A DNA stretch of 64,000 bases, taken from NCBI GenBank assembly GCA_951406725.2, contig OX597823.1, forward strand, positions 14,756,001 through 14,820,000, given 5' to 3'. The notes under the pieces were generated by a model, which was given only the letters and a program-made list of their open reading frames with translations, was not told where the DNA came from and ran no database searches. Of the stretch, positions 1 to 14,126 are shown in pieces; the first letter of the stretch is position 1, and every line of letters begins with the position of its first letter. Origin of the DNA: Octopus vulgaris (lineage: Eukaryota). The position numbers and the translations under genes were made by a program.

Positions 1-536
1 TTTGGGAAATCGCGATCAAATTCAAGATGACATATTTTCGACAATATCTTTCACAAATTGGCAGGAATTTTTTTAAAATTCACAGCGAGCATCATGTCTG
101 CTCCAGGGGCTCTTACATACCCGGGCAATGCCGGGCTATGCTGCTAGTATATATATAAAGCTGAAGTTGTCTGTGTGTGGCAGGTTTGATAGCCTTCAAC
201 TAACACTATCTCCTCCGAGACTCTGCGGCGCAAGTTGACCAAAATTGAGAGTATGATAGAAGAAGGCTTGCTCTTCATTCCGTAGAAGATAAAATTCAAA
301 TCGGACCATGTTAACACCAAAAATTATTTACATCAAAAAGGTGGGGTTTTTTCTATGAAAATCCCTATTTTTTATGATATTTTTACTGCTGTGTTGCCAT
401 TTTTCGGTGTATTTCAACCAGAAAAATGTTCACTTAGAGAGAATAACAAGCTACATAATGCAAAATTTTTACTTTTCAAAAATTCCAGTTCTAAAGGGTC
501 GCAACAAACCCGAGCAACGCCGGGCGATACTGCTAG
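1..536 (+). mobile_element. Two head-to-tail non-autonomous Helitron-like elements (1-147, 148-536)
   Basis: Each ends in a GC hairpin CCCG(G/A)GCAA(T/C)GCCGGG followed by CTAG|T. Related partial copies at about 54190-54400 and 55660-55775. Confidence 0.7.
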
Positions 537-850
537 TAAAAGATAAATCAATATTTAAAAAACTGCTTCCCGCAGTTAAGGGTAATGAATTTTTGAGTGG
601 ATATTGTAGGCATTGTAGCTATGGCTGTCTCGTCTTTTTGTCAGACATTGACTTACTTTATCCTTTTCGAGATTCCCTTTCTTTAAAACAATAGCATGTA
701 CATGTGATATGAGAGGGAGAGAAAGAGAGATTTATCTATTATTTCTAGCCAGTCAAGCAACCTCATTGAGGTTCATCCATCTTTAAGTTACGTCTGATGC
801 AATTCATTATTGCAGTCTTCTCGTGTAGCCTTCTCAGGAATATATATTTT

Positions 851-1287
851 GGATCTTTTCGGTTTGAATGGCAGTTTTTGACATAATTTCTAGGTAACTA
901 AAAAATTTTAAACTTCGTATACTGGTAGAATGTGTTTATAAAACATCTTTTCCTCTTGGTTTTATTGAGAAAATTCTATAGTTTGTAAGATATTTGTTGT
1001 TTTTTTCCTTCAATTTCTGCAATTTCAACCAATCACTGACGTCCATTGAGGTAAAAAAAATATTCTGTGCCGTATATGTCCCTCGTTTAAGAAACAGATT
1101 GGGTTTATTTACATTTGTGAAGAAAAAAAGATACCCTTCCCCCAAACCCTAACCCTAACCCTAACCCTAACTAACCCTAACCCTAAAACAGATTGAAATG
1201 CAATAGATCGATACTAGAGTCATAATTATAGGTGACAATTTCATATGACACCGCTACAAAAAACTGCCGTTCAAACCGAAAAGATCC
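851..1287. mobile_element. MITE family M (TIR GGATCTTTTCGGTTTGAA(C/T)GGCAGTTT), copy 1, with internal (CCCTAA)n
   Basis: TIRs at both ends; 8-bp TSD TATATTTT; telomere-type repeats at about 1147-1186. Confidence 0.9.
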
Positions 1288-1717
1288 TATATTTTTCTAC
1301 GTAAATCCGCAATAAAATAGTTAAAAATCAATAATAAAATACTGCAACTTATGCTCAAGTAAAAATGGTACTCTTCATTTGTTTTCCTATTTAAGGGCCA
1401 CCATCGACCGTAGAACAGTTAAAAGGGTGTATCAAGCAAAGAATGTGTTAATGGATACAAGAATACTCAAATATACGACAATTCATGATAACGCCATGAC
1501 AGGTACATAGTGACTACTCCATCTTCAGAGATGATTGCCGTCTCTTTGTGCTTACTAGTTGTCAATGGCGTTTCTGTACTCTCCGTCCATGACCTTTCAG
1601 ATGACTATTCACTCATTCCCACTCTTTCATCGCCATAGGACTTTCAGTCTCGGAATCGACCCCCCCCCCCCCCACCACCACCACCACGACATCATGAGAG
1701 ACGGACACTCTGATGCC

Positions 1718-2300
1718 TGTCTGTCTGTCTGCCTGCCTGTATGCATGTATGTATGTATGTATGTATGTATGTATGTATAGGAGGAAGAAAATGAAAAAAA
1801 GGAGGACGGAAGGTGATAATAGTAGTGGTGGTGGCAGAAAAGGAGAAGGAGGAGGAGAAAGAAGAGGAGAAGGAGGGGAAGGAAGGGGAGGAGGAGGAGG
1901 AAGAGAGGAGGAGGAGGAGGAGGAGAGGAGGAGGAGGAGGAATATGAGGAGGAATATGAGGAGGAATATGAGGAGGAAGAAGAGGAGGAGGGGGATGAAA
2001 TGGAGGAGGGGAGGAAGAGGAGGAGGAAGGGGAGGGAGGAGGAAGATGAGGAGGAAGAAGAGGAGGGGAGGAAGAGGAGGGGAGGAAGAGGAGGAGGAAG
2101 GGGAGGGAGGAGGAAGGGGGAGGGAGGAGGAAGATGAGGAGGAAGATGAGGGGGGGAGGAAGGGGGGAGGGGGGAGGGGGGAGGGGAGGGAGGAGGGGAG
2201 GGGAGGAGACAAGGAGGAGGAAGAGGAGGGGGAGGACGAGGAGGACGAGGAGGAGGACGAGGAGAAAGAGGAGGAAGAGGAGGAGGCGGTGGTGGTGATC
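1718..2300. repeat. (TGTA)n plus purine-rich (GGA)n low-complexity tract
   Basis: Directly visible. Confidence 0.9.
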
Positions 2301-3936
2301 AATGTTGTGAAATTGTTGTTACTTTTCTCGGTGTCGTTGGCGAAAGGTATTGTAGCTATGGCCGTCTCGTCCTTTTTATCTGACATTGAATTACATTATC
2401 CTTTTCGAGATTCCCTTTCCTTAAAACAATAGCATGTATGATACGAGAGAGAGAGAGGACGGAGAGAGAGATTTATCTACTATTTCTAGCCAGTCAAGCG
2501 ACCTCATTGAGGTTCTCTCATCTTTAAATTACGTCTGATGCATTTCATTATTATACTATTGTAGTCGTCTCATGTAGCCTTCTCAGGAATATATGCTTTT
2601 CCACGTATATCTCCGGGCTCTTTTTTCCCTCCCCCTTTCCCCCCTCCTCCACACAGAATTCATAATTTTCTGTTAAATCTCTGTAGAAAGATGTACTTAT
2701 AAGGAAATTCTCTCTCCCGACCACTCAGTTCTGACTTATCGACTCAAGTTGACATATAGCTTGGTTTGCATTATGTGTCTTATCATGAAAGTAAACTCGC
2801 TTCTTTCATACCTCCGTCCAGCCTAAATATTTCCCTGTCTACGCATAAAAATTTCGTAGAAATTTTACTAGCTAGGCGCTGGTGTTTTATCGGTTTTTCT
2901 GACTAAATCACCATTCCCAAGAGGGCCTTTTACTTTTATATTTTATTTATAATCAAAACATTAATATGTATGTTCAAGAATTCCTAGCGTTTTATACATT
3001 ACTAGACACTACGCACGGATTTATTTTAATCTTCCTCAATATGGAAGAATTGCTAACATCGCTCTCTGTATTTCTGTCTGTCCGTCTCTCTATTTATCTC
3101 TTTCTCTTCTATTCTTTTTCTCCCCCTTTCTCCCTCTTTCTCTTTCTCACCCCTTCTCTCTCTCTCTCCTCCTCCTCCTCTCTCTCTCTCTCTCTCTTCA
3201 ATCATTCTTTTCTTTTTTTCTGTTCATATCACTTTTTCTCGACTTAGATTTTTCTGAATAAGGTTTTTCACTTCATTATACAACAGTCTACTCTGTTTGA
3301 AGAGTGGTTTGATACCCTATTTACATAATCGACCAGTTTTCGCTATTTATCTCAATTGTTGGTGGAGCGAAATAATAAAATCAAAAGTCAAACGATATTT
3401 TTCTCCCCCCTCCGGATTTTCCTCTAAAAGAATCTAAATCCTTGACCTCAAAAATATCGAAAATGAGCATGAAAAAAATTTATAAATACCACTCTTGTGG
3501 ATACTGGAATGATAAAAAGATGTTGCTTCGTGACAAGGAATGACGCTTTGTTATTCAATGAAAAACTATGAGAGGAAAAAAAAAACAACATTTAACTTCT
3601 CAAATAATTTTAACTAAATAGAAAGCCACTGTTTCGTACACACTAGCCCTAATCTTTATCCGAAGATATAGAAAGATATAAATAGATGATCTGTAAATTT
3701 AAATCTTAGCTGATGCTTTGTCTAATTCTTTTAACAGTATTTACTTACTATTCCGTAGACGAATCGAAGGTGGTCATATGGTTAGCAGTAGTAATATACT
3801 TCTGCTTTTAACCACACATGGACGAAATTTTGCCACATTGAGCAGTTTTTCTGTTACGGTCCATCTCTTTAACGCTGGTTTTTCATGCTAATTTGTTCAT
3901 TCTAATACAAAGAAAATTCGACTTTGTGAATAAAAA

Positions 3937-4500
<564 letters not shown>

Positions 4501-6328
4501 TTACCCTGTATCAGATCAACTCCAGTTGAGCAAACAAATAACAGGAGGTGCTCCAGCCGTGACCATCCAGTGTTTAAGACTATCAGGATTAATTTATCGA
4601 ATGATGCATCCGTTCCTTATATATAAGACAGCATGGCGTGACTTCAGAAAAATAAAAATAAAAATAAAAGTAGCTGTTATTTCTACCAGGTTGAATGACC
4701 ACGTCAAGGTTTCTTTCGTTGCCTCACAGACGTTTGTGTTGTCATTGATAACTTAATCCAACACCTCTCCTCGGAGACGCCATTACGCTATATATATATT
4801 GTATGTTGTCGTTCAGGTTCGACTTTACACAGAACAATAGCAACATGTAAATAGCTATGCGATTGAGAAAAAGTATTTACTACATAGCCTTCATCCTCGA
4901 CAAAATCAGCACTCCTCTTCAATTGTCATTCATTCTTTTTCTTTATACAGAGAAAGCGTTAAATCGCATTAGAGTGAAAGATTGATATCATTTCGAAGTG
5001 ACAGCCGCAGTTTACCTTGAGCTGAGCTGGCATAACAAGTCAGCTTTGTCAATTTAGACGCATTGAAAGGATATGCCCATGAGATTAAAATTAAGTGTAT
5101 ATTTAACTACATCGGTTGCTGTCTTTCTGTATTGTAGAATGTGTAAGAGTGGGAAGTGTTTATATTGTGTATTCTATACTGTATGCTAGTGTGTGTGGAG
5201 GTTATACGTGAGTGATGGAGGTTGTCTGATGTAATCTGAGTGCAACAGCATGCATTCGTTGCAAATACGATGTTGTTAAAGAGAAGACTTACTTGACAGA
5301 CAAGGAAGGTTATTGTTGTTGTTGTTGTTGCAGTTATGGCCGCCAGGCAGAACGAAGAATCATCACATTCTGTTTGTTTATACTATCTCGACAATCAGAT
5401 TTATCAACTCGACTTTAGTAGCATTGTTATGACAAGGCTTGGTAAAAGATTCTAATCCTAGTTCACCGATTAGCTGTATATCAAATCCAAGTTTTAACCG
5501 AAAATGTCATTGTTTTTTTATTTTTTCATAATGTTTTTATCTTGTCGGAAAAATAAGTTATTGACGACTACTCAGTCGGTAAAGTATCAGCTTTTCTCTG
5601 CAACTCGTGGTGGATCAGGTGTGTGCATCATACTATTGGCAAAATACTGTCTATTTCAATATATTTTTCGCTTTATTTCTTGGAAAGATAAGAAAATCAA
5701 CATTTTTACAGAAACCGTCATTATGTAAAACAATTATTTCATCGACCTTTGTTTGCGACCCTCACAAATCTTAACAATGATTAGCACTAAACCGCATTAT
5801 ATGAGTGCGTGTCTGTGTTTCTGTGTACATATATGTATGTGTATATATGTGTATATGTGTATATATATGTATGTGTATATATATATGTGTGTATATATGT
5901 ATGAATATATATATGTGAATGTGCGTATATATACATGTGTGTGTGTGTGAAATTAAGCATGTGGCAAGAGAAAAACAAATTATGTAATGAACTTCATTAG
6001 CTTACATTTGTTTCTGCTATAAAATGCGATGGACTCATAGTCGAGTGCTTATGTGTCACCCTATTGCTGCATCGGAGCTTCAAAAGTGAAGTACACTTCA
6101 GTCTTGAATCACTGATGAAGGTCTGATAAAGCTCTGGTGAAGCTATGAGTTCATTGCATCTTATAGCCGGATGCACATATCGTCAGCCACTAAGGGACAT
6201 GCTCAACTGGTTAAGATCAAACAACTGACAAGCAAATCTGGGGTATTGAGCAGAATGTTTACTGTAGCCCAAGAAAGAAAGAAGGAAAGAAAGACAGAGA
6301 GAAAGAAAGAAAGAAAGAAAGAAAGAAA

Positions 6329-6361
<33 letters not shown>

Positions 6362-7029
6362 GAAGGAAGGAAGAAAAAAGGAGGATATATATATATATAT
6401 ATATATATATGAGTTATCTTTGATGGAAAAAAGGCGTTCGACTTTGTTCTATGCGAGATTTCTCTACTCCGAGTTCCATCATTTTATACGATTTATCATA
6501 CTTATATCGAAATTACTAAATTCTTATGATATAAACTATGTATACATATGTATATGTATTTATGCGTGTGCGTGTGTGTGTGCGCGCGTTCGCATACACA
6601 CACATACATACACTCACACATACGGTTTAGTGCTAATCATTTTAAAGGTATATGAGGAGCGTAAATAAAGATGAAAGGATTTCTTACATAATCCGTTGAA
6701 ATAATTGTGTGACAGCCGTTATCATATCGTTGATAATAAGCAATTAAGTAAGAATCTGCTTCCGTGCACAAGAATGATCATACAAATAAATATGTATTCC
6801 TATGCATTTATCATGTATAACTGTTTGTATATTACGTAGGTAGAAAGGTGTACTTATGAGATACTGAAGAATATTTCTGTGTACTTATGGTAATAGCTGA
6901 AGATTTACAACAAGGAAGACATACAAGGATGATCTCATTAAATGTGTTATGCTGCATTTGTTCTGTATTGTTATAAGAAATAAGAGAAAACAAGAGCACT
7001 CAGAGAAGGCAAACCTCTGCCAAGGCAAC

Positions 7030-7365
7030 ACCAATGTTCTCTCAACGATTAGCCAGAGGTGATTTTTAAAATGAGAATATTTGAAATGAATTCGACTGCT
7101 CTCACAAACGAGAATACTAGAAATGAACCCAACTGCTCTCAAAAATTAAGTAAACAAAAAAACGGGAAAATAATCCAGAAAATCCTTGTCCGGTACTCGA
7201 TCGATCCCAAAATCTAATCAGTTTGTGCCAGTCACGAGGCCAAACATCCTTGAAAGTTTCATCCGAGTCCATTCAGCGGTTCTTGAAGTATCTTGTCCAT
7301 GGACAAACAAACAAACAAATGCGACTGAAAACAATACCTCTGCTTTAGTGAAGGCGGAGGTAATA
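7030..7365 (+). mobile_element. Helentron/HINE-like short interspersed element
   Basis: 3' (CAAA)n microsatellite followed by the stem-loop TACCTCTGCTT..AAGGCGGAGGTA; 5' boundary approximate. Confidence 0.4.
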
Positions 7366-7579
7366 AAACAGTTGAATAGAGAGGTGCGATGCTTGTCGAT
7401 CTCAGAACACAAGGGAGATTAATCTTCGTCTAATATGTTTTCAACCTTTCGTCCTCTTTATTGGGTTTAACCCTTTTGTTGCCATATTTCCGTTGAAATA
7501 CACCGCTTTGCTTTTGTTAGTTTTTGAAAATAATTAAGAATTTAGTAAAATAACTGACATTATTTAGTTTTATAATAAA

Positions 7580-7603
7580 GAGAAAGAAATTATAAAAAAG
7601 GGA

Positions 7604-7651
<48 letters not shown>

Positions 7652-7744
7652 AGGAAAGAAGGAAAGGAAAGAAAGAAAGAAAGAAAGAAAAAGAGAAAGA
7701 AATTATAAGAAAGGGAAAGAAAGAAAGAAGGAAAGAGAGAAGGA

Positions 7745-7788
<44 letters not shown>

Positions 7789-7847
7789 AGGAGAGAGAGA
7801 AAAAAAGAAAGAAAGAGAGAGAGAAAGAAAGAGAGAGAGGGACAGAC

Positions 7848-7892
<45 letters not shown>

Positions 7893-7942
7893 AAAAAGAA
7901 AGAAAGAGAGACAGGGACAGACAGGCATACAGACAGACAGAC

Positions 7943-7996
<54 letters not shown>

Positions 7997-8125
7997 GGAG
8001 GGACAGACAGAAAGAAAGAGACTAAGAAAGAGACTAAGAGAGAGAGAAAGAAAGAAAGAAAGAAAAGAAGAAAGAAAGAAGGAAAGAAAGATAGAGAGAG
8101 AAAGAAAGAAAGAAGGAAGGAAGGA

Positions 8126-8157
<32 letters not shown>

Positions 8158-8185
8158 AGGAAAGAAAGAAAGAAAGAAAGGAAAC
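7580..8185. repeat. (GAAA)n microsatellite
   Basis: Directly visible. Confidence 0.95.
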
Positions 8186-9560
8186 AAACTGCAGCAAATC
8201 CAGCGAATGACGTTGAATAGAACGGAAAGAAAAAAGAAACGTTCACAAATTAGACTCAGTTCATAATCGTCTGTACATGTGAATATTTGTGTAATGGCAA
8301 AATAACATTATATATATATAATATACATGTTCGTATTGGCAGGCCAATGTACTTTCCTGCTGCGCTTAATAGCAATTTCCTCTAGGAACAATAGTTTTTT
8401 TGTAAAGTATCTATTTGTGTTAGAGCAGATAGTCTTGGTGTTGTGTACGAAAAGGTAATTTTCGTTAGATATTTGTGTATGAAGATAAGCTTATATTTTC
8501 TCTCTATTTTTTTGTCTTGTTTATACAAGTTATATAATGTTTTGTATGTGTCTTCAAAGTGCAGCAACGTTTGGTGCACGGAATGTGAATATTTGTGTAA
8601 TGGCAAAATAACATTCTGATGTCGGTTGAAACATGGGTTTTTAACTGTTTGTGATCTCTGTAGCATTTGTGGTCAAGGCTAGACATACATTGCTGCAGTC
8701 TGAGCTCATAGTTGGACAGATCCTGGTTTCGCATCGAGAAAAACAGCATGTTTTAAATCTCTGAGCTAGAGAAATAAATTAACAGTACTGGATAGTAATG
8801 TTTATATGCCAACATAACGTGCCAGTCCTGTAAAGGACGATGTTACTGTTGTTTTAACCCCAGGAAACCATCTTTCCCAGCTGGCTAACGACACAGAGTC
8901 TGTGTTTGTATATAACATTTGCAAGGGAGGTAATCGCTCCCATCTCTAGTTTTACGTGATATTCACTGTTACTGTATTTCTCTCGCTCAGAGATTTAAAA
9001 CATGTTTTCTCTATACGTGATCAGCGACTGTGTGTCGCTTAAAGAATATGTAGTATTTGCGAGTAGAGATAGCTTTCGTCATTAGCTGGTGATTATCTCA
9101 CACTGAGAACGGATAACATTCAGACACCTAGCTCTGTGAGTATATATATACAAATATGTATGTATATAATATCCAATGAATTACTGATTAGTTACTTATT
9201 ATTTTGTTGTGAATAGTAATATTCCTAAGGACTTATTCTTTGTATGCCTAGCACTTATTCTATCGGTCTCTTTTCCGGAACCGCTAACACACCAACATCG
9301 GTTGTCAAGCGATAGTGGAGAGACAAACACAAACACACAAACACACAAACACACACATACGCAAACACACACATACACACACACACACACAAGCATATAT
9401 GTATATATATATACGACGGGCTTCTTTCAGTTTCCGTCTACTTACAAGATTTTGGTCGGCCCGAGGCTATTGTAGACGACACTTGCCCAAGGTGCCACAC
9501 AGTGGGACTGAACCCGAAAGCAAGTATCTTACCATACAGCCACTACTGTGCCTATAAATA

Positions 9561-10796
9561 GCTGTTGAACGCTCTTTTCGTTCCAGCAGCCGTTGAAGCA
9601 ACACGTACTTGTTCGTCTCCCTGTGGCCATTAGGCACAACTTCATAAGCCTGCCCCATGCTCAATTCGTCCTGTCGAAAGACCCTTGTCCTACGTCCTGG
9701 TTTTGTTTTGTTGTTTATTTTTTATACTTTATTTTTACCGTTATTGTTTTTACGTTTTTGTATTCTTATTGTTGTCACGTATTCTGTATTTTTGTTCGTG
9801 CACTTCGTTCGTTTTCCGTCCTCGTGTTGTATACATTCGAAGCTTTCTTCCAGGGGATCTAATGCACTTGGCTTAGATTTCCCGTGGCGGGCTGGCCATA
9901 TCGGAGCAATCTCAAGATTAATCAGTCGAAATTGCTAAGATGATCTGGTTCTTGACTGATGACTGAGGGCTTCGAATGTCCCGTCCTGTGGTTCTTGTGT
10001 CGTCTCTGTGGCGTTTCATGTTCTTGTCCATGTCTGTAATTATTTTTACTGGTTCTTGTAATCGTACGTATCCAGTCCTTATACGATAAGTATATTTTTT
10101 TCTCAAGTTGATACGACTCTTAATCTTTCTTTCTCTCTCTCTCCTCCCTTATTCCCCCTCCTTTCTTTCCCTCTCCATCCGTTTCCCCCCCCTTCTACGT
10201 GTCTCTATCTCTCTCACCTCCAGCCCCCTCGATCTGTCTCTTTCATCTTCCCTCGTCCACCTGTCCCTTTCTCTTGTCTTTTGTTCTCACGTGACCGCTA
10301 GCCGCTGTTGAACGCTCTTTTCGTTCCAGCAGCCGTTGAAGCAACACGTACTTGTTCGTCTCCCCTGTGGCCATTAGGCACAACTTCATAAGCCTGCCCC
10401 ATGCTCAATTCGTCCTGTCGAAAGACCCTTGTCCTACGTCCTGGTTTTGTTTTGTTGTTTATTTTTTATACTTTATTTTTACCGTTATTGTTTTTACGTT
10501 TTTGTATTCTTATTGTTGTCACGTATTCTGTATTTTTGTTCGTGCACTTCGTTCGTTTTCCGTCCTCGTGTTGTATACATTCGAAGCTTTCTTCCAGGGG
10601 ATCTAATGCACTTGGCTTAGATTTCCCGTGGCGGGCTGGCCATATCGGAGCAATCTCAAGATTAATCAGCCGAAATTGCTAAGATGATCTGGTTCTTGAC
10701 TGATGACTGAGGGCTTCGAATGTCCCGTCCTGTGGTTCTTGTGTCGTCTCTGTGGCGTTTCATGTTCTTGTCCATGTCTGTAATTATTTTTACTGT
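9561..10796. repeat. Partial tandem duplication: about 742-bp monomer plus about 490-bp repeat (9561-10051 vs 10303-10796)
   Basis: Near-identical copies (one C indel and one C/T change seen); related diverged sequence on minus at 53925-54085. Confidence 0.9.
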
Positions 10797-10799
10797 TTA

Positions 10800-10856
<57 letters not shown>

Positions 10857-10887
10857 AGTTAAACGCAGGTGTTATTCAAATTCTTTT

Positions 10888-10976
10888 ACTTCCGACACAT
10901 GTTTCGAAGATATCACTTGTATTATTCCAAAAGAATAAAATGGTGTAAAACAATGTAATCTTCTCTTCAGGGAAAT
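10888..10976 (-). ncRNA. Type I hammerhead ribozyme motif
   Basis: atttcc-CTGAAGA-gaagat...atcttc-GAAA-catgtg-TC-ggaagt; GUC triplet, short palindromic stem III. Confidence 0.7.
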
Positions 10977-11734
10977 GAGGAAATGAAACTCGTCAATAAG
11001 ACATTTTTACAGAAAATGATGGATATGTATAGTGATTAACTGAACGCTATTAAGATTGTTTCAAAAAAAAGTTATAGGATATAACGTCAGAGGTAGCCTA
11101 TAGAAAGAGGAGGGATAAAGGAAAGAAAAACTTAATAAGTGAGAAGTATATAACTATATGTATATTAAATAAGACCATATAGACTAGGAAAAAGATATAT
11201 CTAGTGAATGTGAAATGTAAGAAGAAAATTAATGTTTAAATTATATATAACGATAGATATCACTTATATAAGTTCATATAAGAAAATAGGATCGATATGG
11301 TGAGAGAAGCTATTAGCATTTTTAACTGTGCAAGCATGGAGAGCAAAGGTCATTGAAATACTACCTTACAAAGAATGAAGAACTGTTTAAACAAGTTGTA
11401 TTAGAACTAGGACTTCTTGAAGGGAAGAAGGCATACTAAAATTAGTATGACTTTTGAAAGAACGGAAGTACTAGAAGATATGTAGTCACATAGATAGTTC
11501 CACAGCGATACTAAGAATGTGAGAAAGCAAACTGTTGGTGTGACTGGCTACAGAGTGGATGAAGATTTTAAAGGAGAAGCAAATTGTTTGTCGGTGGCTG
11601 CTCAAAATCAAGGTTTAAACTCTAATTCAGGGATTAAGACTATTTATTCCATCGCTTCAGTAAACTAGCACTGCTTTTATAATCAAGCGGAAAATGTTAT
11701 TGTAATGTAGCAGGCTGCTGAAGGTTAACTCAGA

Positions 11735-12153
11735 AGGTAAACAAGTGGCAGAAACGTTAGCACGCTGGGCGAAATGCGTAGCCGTATTTCGTCTGCCATT
11801 ACGTTCTGGATTCAAATTCCGCCGAGGTCGACTTTGCCTTTCATCCTTTCGGGGTCGATAAATTAAGTACCAGTTACGCACTGGGGTCGATGTAATTGAC
11901 TTAATCCGTTTGTCTGTCCTTGTTTGTCCCCTCTATGTTTAGCCTCTTGTGGGTAGTAAAGAAATAGGTATTTCATCAGCCACTACGTTCTCAGTTCAAA
12001 TTCCGCCGAGGTCGACTTTGCCTTTCATCCTTTCGGGGTCGATAAATTAAGTACCAGTTACACACTGGGATCAATATAATCGACTTAATCCGTTTGTCTG
12101 TCCTTGTTTGTCCTCTCTGTGTTTAGCCCCTTGTGGGTAGTAAAGAAATAGGT
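11735..12153 (+). mobile_element. tRNA-derived SINE family A (GGCAGAAACGTTAGCAC...GTTCAAATTCCGCCGAGGTCGACTTTGCCTTTCATCC), internally dimeric
   Basis: Pol III A/B-box-like head (TGGCAGAA, GTTCAAATTCC); the roughly 185-bp body is repeated twice. Many further copies in the window. Confidence 0.85.
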
Positions 12154-12254
12154 ATGATACGGTTTTCTTCAATTTACAGCGTTTACATTATAAAATGTAT
12201 GGCTACCATACTTCAGAGATGTAATACAATCATGTATCAGAAAACGCTCTAAAT

Positions 12255-12539
12255 TAGTAGTTCCCAGATTGGGCGGTACCGTCCTCCTTGGGGTAGGGGA
12301 AAGTTCCAAAAGGCCGTTGAAGAAAAATGGGGCCGATAATGAAGTAGCCAAAAGGGGGCGATTAATGTAAAAACAACAAAATAATAGGTTCATTAGGTTA
12401 AGTTTTATTTGTTAAATACAATTGTTTGAATTTGCTTCAGAAAGTGGTCTATGTTTGTGGTGGTAGGTTGGTTGGGGGCATTAGGATTGTGTCCTGGGTG
12501 CCAAGGGAGCGGCAGGCCAAAAGTGTTTGGGAACCACTG
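12255..12539. mobile_element. hAT (Charlie-like) MITE
   Basis: Ends TAGTAGTTCCCA...TGGGAACCACTG; degenerate 8-bp TSD ctctaaat/ctgtaaac; homologous to 39446-40183. Confidence 0.65.
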
Positions 12540-12713
12540 CTGTAAACGAATCTATTACACCAAAATTTCTATTGGATTTTGACATCTAGATTTTTAAAAT
12601 AATTGAACACCCTAGACCAGGTATAATTATATGAGATATAAAAAAATATATATGCCTCATAATATATGCAGCAAATCCGTCAAACAAACAAAAAAAATTA
12701 CAGTGTCCAAAGT

Positions 12714-13200
12714 GTATGTATGTATGTATGTATGTATGTATGTATGTATGTATGTATGTATGTATGTATGTATGTATGTATGTGTGTATGTGTGTATGTA
12801 TGTATGTATGTATGAATGTATGTATGGGTGTGTGTATGTATGTATGTATGTATGTATGTATGTATGTATGTATGTATGTATGTATGTGTGTATGTGTGTA
12901 TGTATGTATGTATGTATGTATGAATATGTGTATATGTATGTATGAATGTATGTATGTCATTTTTCAATTTTATTTCAAGATTCCGTGCCAATAGAGAAAG
13001 GGCTGGAATTTCAACATCAACAACAGGATATAACGTACGTATGTATGTATGTATGTATGTATGCATGCATGTGTGTGTATCTACGCATGCATATATGTAC
13101 GTATGTATGTATGCATGTATGTATGCATGTATGTATGTATGTAAGTATGTTGTATGTATGTATGTATGTATGCATGTATGTATGTATGTACGTAGGTATG
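12714..13200. repeat. (TATG)n microsatellite; similar tracts 42285-42720, 51985-52170, 52690-53125
   Basis: Directly visible. Confidence 0.95.
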
Positions 13201-13832
13201 TTTCTAGGGATTTATGGTTACCTGAATGGGTTGTACGCATATATGTGTACCTGTAGTTATACTTACACTCGTGGGTGTTCATCTCATGATAGAACGTAAG
13301 AGAATATTTCTTATGTATACATTCCCCCAAAACCCACAAATGTAGAATCCCTGAAATGTCTTATAAATTTTCACTGTTTCTCTAATCAATTGTATTTGGA
13401 GGATTCGAATCAGTCGGTTCTATCTTAGAGAAGCCAAACCTTTCTGTGTTTCTATACAGATCTGTTGTTACGTAGCCCAGTGTTCATATGATGATAGGAA
13501 TAAATGAAAATCTATTGCTCGTTTATAAGACCTCCAGGTTTCTCATCAGTTTCCATAGATGTTTTCTTTTCCCCCCTGTTTTTGAATAGACATTCAGATC
13601 TATTGGACATCTGATCTCCACAACGGTGTACGACTTTTGCTCGCAGTCCCGTACAACTATATCTGACTTACCCTTGTTGTGCTTACATTAGAAAGCTGTT
13701 TTTATGGAAATGTTCCAACAGAATTCTTTATTTTTAAATGTGTCGATACAATCTAGTTTTAGTGTGCTTTGGATGTTACCGTCAAGATATTCTTTCTTTT
13801 ATATAGCATTGTAGTGGCAATGGCATGTTTCA

Positions 13833-14126
13833 GTGACTTATAGCGACTTTATATAGCGACTTATAGCGATTTATAGTTTCAGCGACTTATCGCGACTTAA
13901 TATAGCAACTAATAGCGACTTATAGTTTCAGCGACTTATAGCGAATTTATATAGGGACTTATAGCGACTTATAGTTTCAGAGACTTATAGCGACTTATAG
14001 TTTCAGAGACTTATAGCGACTTATAGTTTCAGAGACTTATAGCGACTTATAGTTTCAGAGACTTATAGCGAATTTATAGTTTCAGCGACTTATAGCGACT
14101 TTATATAGTGACTTTATATAGCGACT
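13833..14126. repeat. Minisatellite (TATAGCGACT/TATAGTTTCAG units) inside the R4-like element
   Basis: Tandem 10-27-nt units flanked by a 21-nt direct repeat. Confidence 0.9.

Noticed and set aside
1147-1186. Telomeric repeats suggesting a chromosome end or fusion
   Set aside because: They are internal to a multi-copy MITE.
1613-2432. Long ORFs (257 and 239 aa) and the many poly-S/Y/V, YIHT/MYVC and FLSF ORFs across the window
   Set aside because: Translations of microsatellites that lack stop codons; no coding complexity.
5285-5400. Possible minus-strand exon with a GTAAGT donor at about 5292
   Set aside because: No convincing reading frame or partner exons in the window.
11550-11630. Peptide FKGEANCLSVAAQNQGLNSN resembling an RLE-LINE AAQDQ motif
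   Set aside because: Too short and degenerate to call as a feature.
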